A stretch of DNA of 64,000 bases from a virus (lineage: Duplodnaviria; Caudoviricetes): the IMG/VR virus record IMGVR_UViG_3300028591_000071, one strand, 5' to 3'. This document shows positions 10,824-19,563 of this stretch, piece by piece. The notes beneath the pieces were generated by a model, which was given only the letters and a program-made list of their open reading frames with translations, did no database searches and had not been told where the DNA came from. Position numbers and translations under genes: made by a program. Position 1 is the first letter of the stretch. Each line of letters begins with the position of its first letter.

Positions 10824-11676
10824 ACCGCACTGTATTCAAAATAAGGCGATGGATAGAATGACGGATTTTATTTATGGTTGTGAAACCTTAGATGAAGTAA
10901 TAGCCGCCACAAATAAGAAATCTTTAAATGAGGAACAAACCGACTACGCTGTTTGGCGATGGTATAACTTTAAATCCGAGAAATTTTATAACGAAGAAAT
11001 AGTGGCCCAAAGTCGAATATTCAACGGCTCTTGGCCCGTTGCCCGCGTTAGCCCGATACCAAGAATGGAGAATAACAAAGAAGATTATTCTCAATATTAT
11101 CCTTTTCTTGATGCTATATACAACAAAAAAAGACAGGTAGTAGGATATAAGGATTGTTTTCCTTGGGATTTAATGATTGAATATCCCGATGGACGGCATG
11201 TGAGATATTTTGATACAAAGTGTACTTCAATATGTGGCCGTTATTTTAATAAGTTGCAAGAGGATGTAATCAGAGAATATAAAGAATCGGCATCCGTTAG
11301 TCTTGAAACAAGCAGCCGTCTTGTTGAAGAACTATATGGACAACAGAGTGGAAATCCAGGCATGGAGTCATCAAGGCGATACAGTAATGGCCCAAGGCTT
11401 TTTATTTGTTTTATATCATTAAAAGACGGAGTAAGCGTTAAGGATTTAAAAATCGACGACAATATTAGAGAAAATTTTGTTAAATGGTTATTAAATGAAA
11501 CAGACTTTCTTACAAACCCCATGTTTGCTACCATAAAGCACTCTATTATAAAAATAAATGAGCAATTAATAAAAGATGGAAAGAAGTCAAATAACTTCGA
11601 CCATGTAAAAGCGGCAATATACTATGTGATTATGGATGAAATAGGAAATGTTCATTTTGTTAACGGAAACAAATAA
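10798..11676 (+). CDS. AT-rich hypothetical protein, possible restriction endonuclease
   Basis: overlaps the MTase stop; WDL...FDTK resembles PD-(D/E)XK. Confidence 0.4.
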   Translation: MSKEGKSVKPHCIQNKAMDRMTDFIYGCETLDEVIAATNKKSLNEEQTDYAVWRWYNFKSEKFYNEEIVAQSRIFNGSWPVARVSPIPRMENNKEDYSQYYPFLDAIYNKKRQVVGYKDCFPWDLMIEYPDGRHVRYFDTKCTSICGRYFNKLQEDVIREYKESASVSLETSSRLVEELYGQQSGNPGMESSRRYSNGPRLFICFISLKDGVSVKDLKIDDNIRENFVKWLLNETDFLTNPMFATIKHSIIKINEQLIKDGKKSNNFDHVKAAIYYVIMDEIGNVHFVNGNK

Positions 11677-11681
11677 GAAAT

Positions 11682-11714
11682 AAAACGGGTAGGTTCAATA
11701 CCTACCCGTTTTTA
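11682..11714. terminator. bidirectional terminator
   Basis: AAAACGGGTAGGT..ACCTACCCGTTTTT between convergent genes. Confidence 0.75.
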
Positions 11715-11721
11715 TGCTTAT

Positions 11722-12441
11722 CTATGCCTTCTTCCTTTTAACCCATTCAAGGTTTTCTACATTGTTATTCCGCCAATCACCGTCCTTATGTTTTACAACC
11801 CATTCTGCGGGGTCATGTTCGCCGAGAAAAGCGTTTGCTACCATATACGAAACACTCGGCGTAGTACGTAATCTTTCTCCTTCCTTCCCGTTACCTATCA
11901 TTGTAAACTGCATTGCCTTTCGCGTTTCTGCTGGATATGGATAGTTAATACTTGAACGAAGAACATCGTTGTGGTTAATAACTTTCAATCTTCCTTTGTT
12001 TGAGATTTCATAGTCACACCCATAGTCGGCCTCTCCGCCAAAATACCTTCCACCATTAATTATTGGGCGAAATTCTTCATCAGTATATTTTGATATTTCA
12101 TCGCGATATTTTTCGTTGTTCGGGATTACAAGTTTTTCCTCGTATTCTTGGTCAGACATTCCTTCTGGTTTTGATATTTTAAGCTTCGGCACAGATTTTG
12201 GTTTTTTCTTATCGTTGTGTCTTAGCGTGTCACCAACCCATTGAAAACCATTGGGGTCAAGGTCGGGATGCTTTTCAGCCTCCTTTCTTATTCTCTCGGC
12301 CTTCCATTCGCTTCCTTTGCCGGCAACAAAGCCCGGAGGAAACTTCATTATGTCTGAATATTCTTTGAGAATTCTTTTTGTTGCTTCAGCAACCATTTCT
12401 CTAATTTGAGATTCGTTTATCTTGACTATTTTCTTTTCCAT
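11722..12441 (-). CDS. NUMOD4/HNH-like protein with N-terminal KINESQIREMV motif
   Basis: YEISNKGR (NUMOD4), VANAF...HKDGD..NN.VENLEW; ACTATTTATA upstream. Confidence 0.75.
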   Translation of the reverse strand: MEKKIVKINESQIREMVAEATKRILKEYSDIMKFPPGFVAGKGSEWKAERIRKEAEKHPDLDPNGFQWVGDTLRHNDKKKPKSVPKLKISKPEGMSDQEYEEKLVIPNNEKYRDEISKYTDEEFRPIINGGRYFGGEADYGCDYEISNKGRLKVINHNDVLRSSINYPYPAETRKAMQFTMIGNGKEGERLRTTPSVSYMVANAFLGEHDPAEWVVKHKDGDWRNNNVENLEWVKRKKA

Positions 12442-12515
12442 ATCGTAAAAACCATTTTTGTATAAATAGTTCTTTGATTTGCATTTGTGGCACGTTTTTT
12501 GTATATTAATAAAGT

Positions 12516-12725
12516 ATGGAAGGAGTAAGAATAAAATTGTGGGTAGCTCGCGACGACGATGGGATGTTGAATGCATTCCAATGCAAACCTGTTAGAGGGG
12601 AACACATGTGGTTTGGACATGGCGAAATCCCCCTTGATGAAGAGTCGTTCCCCTATATTGACTGGGCAAGTGAACCTATACCGATGATGATGAAATTAAT
12701 TCCTGAAGATGACGAAGACATATAG
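12516..12725 (+). CDS. hypothetical protein (WVARD.DG motif)
   Basis: follows the sigma54-like motif at 12488. Confidence 0.6.
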   Translation: MEGVRIKLWVARDDDGMLNAFQCKPVRGEHMWFGHGEIPLDEESFPYIDWASEPIPMMMKLIPEDDEDI

Positions 12726-12951
12726 GTTTGACTACATTCGCAAATGGGTTGAAAAATGGAATCCAGATATTCCAAGAACTGTAGAGCGAATAGAAATGAC
12801 TCCGTGGGATATTTTTATATGGAGTTGGCCCCAAATAGACCATTATGGGGAAATAATTGAGGATTTTGAGGAGTGGTATAAGCAGCGGCACGATTTTTGC
12901 ATTAAATTAGCAGAAGAATATGAAAGCAGAAACATTTCAGAAAATAACTGA
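12709..12951 (+). CDS. hypothetical protein
   Basis: operon ORF. Confidence 0.5.
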   Translation: MTKTYRFDYIRKWVEKWNPDIPRTVERIEMTPWDIFIWSWPQIDHYGEIIEDFEEWYKQRHDFCIKLAEEYESRNISENN

Positions 12952-14239
12952 TTACCTCAGGGAGATAACCAAGGGCACGAAGTACGACAAGCATGTGTAC
13001 GCCGTTGGCGGGTGCTGCCGTGATTACCGTGTAGGAAGGGAGATTAAGGACATTGACCTTGTAATCGACCTTCCTGATGGTGGTATTAAGTTCGCAAAGT
13101 ACCTTGAAAGAAAAGGCATTACAACGGGAACCGTCGTTACTTACGAGCATTTCGGCACGGCGATGTTCCACCTGAAGGAATTTCCCGAATACGAACTTGA
13201 AGCGGTGCAAACGAGGAAGGAGGCGTACAGGGACATGGAATCAAGGAATCCTGAAACTGCGTATGGAAGCCTCTCGGACGACTGTATGAGGAGGGATTTT
13301 ACCTACAACGCAATCTATTTCCGAATTTCCGATAGAGTGTTCATGGATTTCAATGGGCATTCATACGAAGACCTTAAGAACAATGTGCTTCGCACCTGCG
13401 GAAACCCTGATGTAATCTTTACCGAAGATTCGCTCAGGATTCTTCGTGCCGTTAGGTTTTCTTCCCGTTTCGGTTCAACCATCGAGGAAAAGACATATAA
13501 TGGGATGGTGAAGTTCGTTGACCGACTCAGCATTATCAGCCGCGAGCGCATCTATGATGAGTTCAAAAAGATGATATCAACGGGTGATTATTATAAGACG
13601 CAATACGCAATCTGCACCCTTTGGGATATTGGGGCATTCAAGTATATTCTTCCTCACCTTCATACGATGAAAATGCTTGACAGAATGTACCTTCTCAATA
13701 GGATTGGAAGAACATGCCAACACTACCCTCCTAAGTTCGAAGAAGTCATGGCTGCTATTATGTGTGGCTATGATGATGCTGAGACAGAATTGCGGGACCT
13801 TAAGTTATCGAATGATGAGGTTAAGGAAATTCTTTTCTACATCAACGAGAACAAGACCCTACAGGCAATCATAGGAAACGAAGACATTGAAATGTACCTG
13901 TCAAGAAAGGTGATGAACGATTGTGGGGACGAAAGGCGTTTTCTTACAACAACAATTATTGGCAGTGCTGAACTTTACCATGAGTTTCATACGGTCTGTG
14001 AAGATGGCTTTGATGGATATAATTCTTTGTATGATAGTATCATTGAGCATGAGAAAGAGTATTTCACATATGAACTTCCACTTACGGGAGAAGATGTGAT
14101 GGCCGAATTGGGAATCGGGCCATGTGAAAAGGTTGGCAAAGCACTTGACAGGCTTAAGAAGTTTGCGTTCATCAACAAAGACCATAAGAGCAGGGAAGAC
14201 TTGCTTGATTACCTTAAATATCTTAAGACAGAATTATGA
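12920..14239 (+). CDS. cca: class II CCA-adding tRNA nucleotidyltransferase
   Basis: VGGCCRD, DIDL, RRDFTYNA, EDSLRILRAVRF, SRERI motifs; most tRNA genes here lack encoded CCA. Confidence 0.88.
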   Translation: MKAETFQKITDYLREITKGTKYDKHVYAVGGCCRDYRVGREIKDIDLVIDLPDGGIKFAKYLERKGITTGTVVTYEHFGTAMFHLKEFPEYELEAVQTRKEAYRDMESRNPETAYGSLSDDCMRRDFTYNAIYFRISDRVFMDFNGHSYEDLKNNVLRTCGNPDVIFTEDSLRILRAVRFSSRFGSTIEEKTYNGMVKFVDRLSIISRERIYDEFKKMISTGDYYKTQYAICTLWDIGAFKYILPHLHTMKMLDRMYLLNRIGRTCQHYPPKFEEVMAAIMCGYDDAETELRDLKLSNDEVKEILFYINENKTLQAIIGNEDIEMYLSRKVMNDCGDERRFLTTTIIGSAELYHEFHTVCEDGFDGYNSLYDSIIEHEKEYFTYELPLTGEDVMAELGIGPCEKVGKALDRLKKFAFINKDHKSREDLLDYLKYLKTEL

Positions 14240-14733
14240 TTGATTTGACTGACAAAAAATTTGAAATAACGCCGGATAACGAATTTATTGAAAGAATCAC
14301 GCCTGTGATGAAAGAGATAAACGACTTATCTAAGGGAAAGAAAGCCTATGACTTCTTTGTACAAGAGTTGATGACCGCCCTCGACAACACGGCGAAAAAC
14401 ACTGACGTTGCAGCATTTGACGCGGCTATGAGTGGCAACATTTTCGACTACTATCGCCTTGAAGGAAAATCTGCGGCTTTCAAGGAAATATATGAAAGAG
14501 TGGCTAAGGAATATGGACTTGCGTATAATTATAAACTTAGGCCCGAAATGAATTCCCATCGTGAATTGTTCTCAATGGTCGATGATTATTGCGAAAAAAT
14601 TCTTCCTTGGGACAGATGTCGTGGAAGAGCGGAAACAGAAATGCTTAGGCGTAAGTTTTCTATGGCTATCGCCGATGCCATGTATGAAGCATATATCGCG
14701 GGTAAAATGGAGTCAATTTTGACAGAAAATTAA
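14236..14733 (+). CDS. hypothetical protein
   Basis: ATGA overlap. Confidence 0.6.
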   Translation: MIDLTDKKFEITPDNEFIERITPVMKEINDLSKGKKAYDFFVQELMTALDNTAKNTDVAAFDAAMSGNIFDYYRLEGKSAAFKEIYERVAKEYGLAYNYKLRPEMNSHRELFSMVDDYCEKILPWDRCRGRAETEMLRRKFSMAIADAMYEAYIAGKMESILTEN

Positions 14734-14837
14734 TGGAAAAGGCCAATAATTCCGTTCAAAAGGCGATTGAAAAGTGGGAAGGAAAAAGCCCGATTTAATC
14801 ACCACAACACAAAATTTGTTTTTAAGGAAAATTAATT

Positions 14838-14848
14838 GTATATTTGCA
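14838..14848 (+). promoter_or_regulatory. Bacteroidota primary-sigma -7 box (representative copy)
   Basis: GTATATTTGCA matches TAnnTTTG; also near 3140, 18626 (+) and 31030, 32945, 33745, 36090, 44998, 51041, 56631, 60478 (-). Confidence 0.75.
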
Positions 14849-14874
14849 ACAGACAACTTTTTTAATTTAGTATT

Positions 14875-15459
14875 ATGAGAAAATTTTTGTACATTGTTTC
14901 GGCCATTATCATGGCGCTTATGGTTTTCAGTTGCGGCGCAAGCAAAAAGGCCACACAAGTAGTTCCCGAATCCAAGGACGAGGTTGAGGTTGTTGTTCCG
15001 CTGAAAAACATCAGTGACACCAAGGATTCTTGGGTGGTATTTTCCAAAGCAGAGTCTCATGACCTAACACAGGCTAAACTCATCGCAGAAAATGATTGCC
15101 GTGGGCAGTTGGCCCTCAAGGTGAGTTCCCGCGTACGCGCTGCGGTTGAGACCTATCGCGGTCAGACCGACGCAAGCAGCCTCGGAGGCATGAATATGGA
15201 CTATGAGCAGATTAATGAGAATTATGTGAGAGCCGTGGCAAAGGAAACCCTTAATGGAGCGTCGGTCACCGAATACCGAATTTTCCGAAACAAGAAAAAT
15301 GGGCATTACATTTATTGGGCGTCCATGTCTATGCCAAAGAAAAGCGCCGCGGAAGAAGCAGTAAATCCAAACACCCTAAGGGAATTGGATGGCTATACAC
15401 GGGCGGCAATTGAACAGCACAGAAACGAATTTATCAGTCGAATCGAGAATGAGGAATAA
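14875..15459 (+). CDS. lipoprotein (LPP20-like)
   Basis: signal peptide with VFSC lipobox. Confidence 0.65.
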   Translation: MRKFLYIVSAIIMALMVFSCGASKKATQVVPESKDEVEVVVPLKNISDTKDSWVVFSKAESHDLTQAKLIAENDCRGQLALKVSSRVRAAVETYRGQTDASSLGGMNMDYEQINENYVRAVAKETLNGASVTEYRIFRNKKNGHYIYWASMSMPKKSAAEEAVNPNTLRELDGYTRAAIEQHRNEFISRIENEE

Positions 15460-16138
15460 TATGATTGTGGTGCTTGCGATGATTTTCGTTAGCGCCACAT
15501 TGTTCTCAAAGCCGAAAATTGACACATCCTTTATCGGGAACGAAAATTATATTTACGGAGAAGGATGGGGTAAGACGAAGGAAGAGGCGGACAAAAACGC
15601 CCTCGCAGACTTATCCCACAATATTCAAACCGAAGTAAAGTCCGTTATTTCCACGAGAATGGTCAATGGGCATAGGGAAATCTTTACAAAAACAACATCT
15701 GTAAGTGAATCAATCATCCAAGGGTCAATACCCGTCATCGAAAAGGCAAAAAGGCAGTATCACGCATATCGTTATGTAAATGTGAAAATGCATGTTATTT
15801 CGCATATGTCCAATTATAATAATATAATGGACGATTACTTTAACGAGGGTGATTCAGAACTTCAGGCAGGATACCTTTATCTCGCTTATGCGGCGTTGGA
15901 CGACCCGATAATGGATAGATTCAACAACGGAAATGAGGAAATGAAGAAAAATATTCTTTCCCGTTTGAATTATCTTAAGGATATGACTGCAGCAATAGTA
16001 TTAGCCTTTAAGGATTCTGAGGGAAACGAGACGACAATAGGAAACATTGATGAAATCGTAGAGTCGATTGGAAAAAAGAAAGAGCCGGAGCGACAAATGG
16101 AACGCGTTGTGTTTGCACCATGGGCTAAATTTAGATAG
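15449..16138 (+). CDS. secreted LPP20-like protein
   Basis: signal peptide; GEGWGKT.EEA...ALADLS..I. Confidence 0.6.
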   Translation: MRNNMIVVLAMIFVSATLFSKPKIDTSFIGNENYIYGEGWGKTKEEADKNALADLSHNIQTEVKSVISTRMVNGHREIFTKTTSVSESIIQGSIPVIEKAKRQYHAYRYVNVKMHVISHMSNYNNIMDDYFNEGDSELQAGYLYLAYAALDDPIMDRFNNGNEEMKKNILSRLNYLKDMTAAIVLAFKDSEGNETTIGNIDEIVESIGKKKEPERQMERVVFAPWAKFR

Positions 16139-16172
16139 CGCTTGGCATAATTATTGCATAAATTATTTCGAT

Positions 16173-17453
16173 ATGAAACTAACGATAGAAGAACTTAGAA
16201 AGAAAGGATGGATTGCCTACGAGTATCGCAGGGGTTCACACATGTACCATCTCAATACGGAAACCTCAGATATTGACACGGGCGGTGTTTTTATTTGCCC
16301 GCAATCATACATTTACGGGCTTCGCTCAGAATATCCTGAACAGGTTTCTGACGAGAAGAACGATACCGTATTCTACGAGTTTGGACGATGGATTGAACTT
16401 CTCCTTAAGTCAAACCCTACGGCACTTGAGAGCCTTTTTGCTCCCGAGGATTGTATTATCGGTGATGTGCATCCCGCCGTTCAATATGTTCTTGACCACA
16501 AGTGGGATTTTGTCTCAAAAGAGTGTTTCAAGACATTCTACGGCTATGCGGTAAGCCAGATTGGGAAGGCGCGTGGCCTTAACAAGAAGATTGTAAATCC
16601 AGTTACCGAGCGTAAGGACATCCTTGACTTCTGCTACACATTCAAGGGACAGGGCAGTCAGCCAATCAAGGACTTCCTTAAGGAGCATAATCTTGACCAA
16701 AAATATTGTGGATTGGTGAAGATTCCGAACATGTGCGATGGAAACAGCAGCATATATGGCGTTTACTACGATTGGGCCGCTTACCTCAAGTTCGAACATT
16801 TGTCTTTTAAAGAGCATGACGAAGTTGTGAAGTTTGCAACCACACTTATGACCGGTGTCAATTTTGAAAAAGAAAATCTGGAAGATAGGCATTATTTTGC
16901 GAAGGCATATAATGAGTATTATCGTGTTTCAAATCTAATCAACGAAAGGATTGAAAAGAAAAAATTCTTTGGCTATTCAGGCATTGTTCATCCGGACGAG
17001 ATTACAAGGTCAAACGATGTTCGTCTTTCTTCAGTCCCAAAGGGTGAGAAGCCAATTTGTGTAATGACCTACAACAAAAATGGATACGAAAGCCATTGCC
17101 GCGACTATAAAGAGTACAAGGAGTGGGAGGAAAAGCGTAACCCTGTCCGCTATGAGGGTAACCTTGGGCATAACTACGATGCGAAAAATGTAATGCATTG
17201 CATGCGCCTCGTCCGCATGGCTAAGGAACTTGCTCAGGGCAAGGGATTCAATGTTGTTCGTGATTGGGACAGGCAGTATCTCCTTGACATCAGAAACCAC
17301 AAGTTTGAATACGAGGATGTTATGGCCCAACTTGAAAAGGAGAAAGCGGAAATGGAAGATGCCATCAAGACCTGCACCCTACCCGACTATGTGGATATCG
17401 AGAAGGTTAACAGGATGCTCATCGAGGCAAGAGAAAGGGTTTATGAAGATTAA
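16173..17453 (+). CDS. predicted nucleotidyltransferase (YcgL/Nuc-transf family)
   Basis: GSH.Y.L....SDID, KSNP..LE.L, YDAKN..H..RL motifs. Confidence 0.8.
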   Translation: MKLTIEELRKKGWIAYEYRRGSHMYHLNTETSDIDTGGVFICPQSYIYGLRSEYPEQVSDEKNDTVFYEFGRWIELLLKSNPTALESLFAPEDCIIGDVHPAVQYVLDHKWDFVSKECFKTFYGYAVSQIGKARGLNKKIVNPVTERKDILDFCYTFKGQGSQPIKDFLKEHNLDQKYCGLVKIPNMCDGNSSIYGVYYDWAAYLKFEHLSFKEHDEVVKFATTLMTGVNFEKENLEDRHYFAKAYNEYYRVSNLINERIEKKKFFGYSGIVHPDEITRSNDVRLSSVPKGEKPICVMTYNKNGYESHCRDYKEYKEWEEKRNPVRYEGNLGHNYDAKNVMHCMRLVRMAKELAQGKGFNVVRDWDRQYLLDIRNHKFEYEDVMAQLEKEKAEMEDAIKTCTLPDYVDIEKVNRMLIEARERVYED

Positions 17454-17502
17454 AAAGCCACGGTCTAAATGGCCGTGGTTAAACTATTTATGGTAAAAAG
17501 CG

Positions 17503-17772
17503 ATGAAACGATTAAAAATTACAAGACAAGTTTGTCATGGTCACCCAACATCTGAAAATGATTGGGACGATGTAGAAGACAGAATTAATCATGAGCATAA
17601 GGCATCACCAAAAGAAACGGCGATAACAATACTTAAACATATTGATAGTTGTGAGAAAAGGGGAAAGGATATTAAGAACATTATTGAGTCTGAAAAATAT
17701 ACTGACCCTGAATATACTGAAGGTGAAGTAATTTCCAATATTGCTTCTTTACATCCCGACGCATTATTATGA
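17503..17772 (+). CDS. hypothetical protein, probably late
   Basis: ACTATTTAT upstream. Confidence 0.45.
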   Translation: MKRLKITRQVCHGHPTSENDWDDVEDRINHEHKASPKETAITILKHIDSCEKRGKDIKNIIESEKYTDPEYTEGEVISNIASLHPDALL

Positions 17773-18588
17773 TACCATCATATCATATTTTATTTTCAAT
17801 GCCTTTTTCTTAAATGAATTAAGGCGTTTTTTTAATATTGAAATAATCTTTTGCTTTTGAACATTAAATTCAGATTCAGACATGCCGTCCAAAAATGCGC
17901 TCCTTTCGTAACCTCCTCCGCGTTTTTTTACTCTATCGCAGCTTGCAGAATTTGCCAATATTTGAACTATTTCGCCTGATGTCTTATAATACTCAGTCCC
18001 TTCAACAATTTCAATAAGTATTGACATATATTCTGTTTTTAAAACTTTTTCGTTTTCGATTGAAGTCAAATCTTTTCTTGCACAATCAGGGTTGTTCTTT
18101 AGAAAATATGTAAACTGAGTTAGTCTTGCCTGCATTTCTGTTGGTCTGAAAAAATACAAGATGTCATTTGAGAATTTTACGGGTAAATCTGTCGGCCCAT
18201 TTGGTGTGTACTGAGTAGGAGGGTTTATTGGTTTTGTCCTTGCATTCAAATCGATAAAATGGGACAATTCGTGCATAATTAATTCTTTTGACGAAAATCT
18301 ACCATTGTACTTTTTTTCGTTTATCTCTATTTCGTTTGTTTTTTCATTATATGACGCAGCAAACTCATCATTAGAAACAACAGACACAACTATCGGAGAA
18401 TTGACAGAAAAATATGGATTTATTGAATTTATTTCTTCTACCGAAATAGCCCCTCCTCCTTCGTGATACTTCTCGTCTATTAAATCCGCAAGTTTTTCAA
18501 GTGATTTATCAATGGCATGGTGATGCTCCAATATCATTGAAACACACTCCATAACCATTGACCTTATTTCGCGCTCTGATAATACCAT
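17767..18588 (-). CDS. HExxH zincin-like protein with N-terminal LSEREIRSMV motif
   Basis: HELSH plus a downstream E.QA; late-type motif upstream. Confidence 0.65.
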   Translation of the reverse strand: MVLSEREIRSMVMECVSMILEHHHAIDKSLEKLADLIDEKYHEGGGAISVEEINSINPYFSVNSPIVVSVVSNDEFAASYNEKTNEIEINEKKYNGRFSSKELIMHELSHFIDLNARTKPINPPTQYTPNGPTDLPVKFSNDILYFFRPTEMQARLTQFTYFLKNNPDCARKDLTSIENEKVLKTEYMSILIEIVEGTEYYKTSGEIVQILANSASCDRVKKRGGGYERSAFLDGMSESEFNVQKQKIISILKKRLNSFKKKALKIKYDMMVS

Positions 18589-18652
18589 ACTATGATAAAT
18601 AGTTTGTTTTCTCACATTTATTTTGTATATTTGCATTGTATAATATTGTAAT

Positions 18653-19531
18653 ATGGGAAGAAAAAAGAAGATAGTTGAACCACTGCTTTTCTCGGAAGCC
18701 GAACTCGCTGAGATGATTGTCGATTCTCTGCCTGAGGAAACAACGGGAAGTACGGAAGAGGTGGTTGATGACGGGAAACTGTCAAATGCGACAATTATTC
18801 GTAATATATCATATGACCAGACGGAAATCCTTCACAACATAGGGCGGCTGTATAATAACGGTTCTGACCAATTCGATGCCGATATGACCGCAAGTTCTCT
18901 CGGCTTCTACGGCGGATGCCACGGAGGGAAGTACAATATCCCTGAGCCGAAGATACTGATGGATGTGTTTCCACAGAGGGAAGACATTATAAAGATTGAA
19001 AGATGGGGCAAATTGCCTATCGAAGACGATTCGGTTCATTCAATCGTTATCGACCTTCCGTTTGTCATATCCCCCGAAAACGCACCTTCTGCAGTATCCA
19101 AAAAAGAGGGCGCAAGCCTGATTTATAAGCGGTTTGCAGGCTATTATCCCGTTGATAACCTTTATCTGAGTTACTACCATTGGCTATCAGAAGCGTATAG
19201 GGTGCTTGATAAGGACGGAATCTGTATCTTCAAGTGTCAGTCCTGTATATCGGGCGGAATACGGCATAATATTGAAGAGTTCAGTTTTATGGCAGCACAG
19301 AGGCTCGGCTTCAAAATGGAAGACAAATTCACCCTTCTTGCAAAGGCCCGTCTCATATCACCGAACAGGTACAAGAGCGGACAGCAGCATTCAAGGTCTT
19401 ACACATCTCAGTTCTTGGTGTTCATCAAAGACACGGGAAAGAGAAAGAAGAAAGACTTCTTTTTCGAAGACATGCTTGACAGATGTGAAAGGGAAGAAGG
19501 AGAAGCATATGTGAATGTAGTTGAAAAATAA
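18653..19531 (+). CDS. putative DNA amino-methyltransferase
   Basis: ADMT, LP..DDSV.SIVIDLPF (DPPF-like), EAYRVL...G..IFKCQ. Confidence 0.7.
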   Translation: MGRKKKIVEPLLFSEAELAEMIVDSLPEETTGSTEEVVDDGKLSNATIIRNISYDQTEILHNIGRLYNNGSDQFDADMTASSLGFYGGCHGGKYNIPEPKILMDVFPQREDIIKIERWGKLPIEDDSVHSIVIDLPFVISPENAPSAVSKKEGASLIYKRFAGYYPVDNLYLSYYHWLSEAYRVLDKDGICIFKCQSCISGGIRHNIEEFSFMAAQRLGFKMEDKFTLLAKARLISPNRYKSGQQHSRSYTSQFLVFIKDTGKRKKKDFFFEDMLDRCEREEGEAYVNVVEK

Positions 19532-19563
19532 GGGAGAGCATCAAGCCCTCCCTTGTTTTGTCA

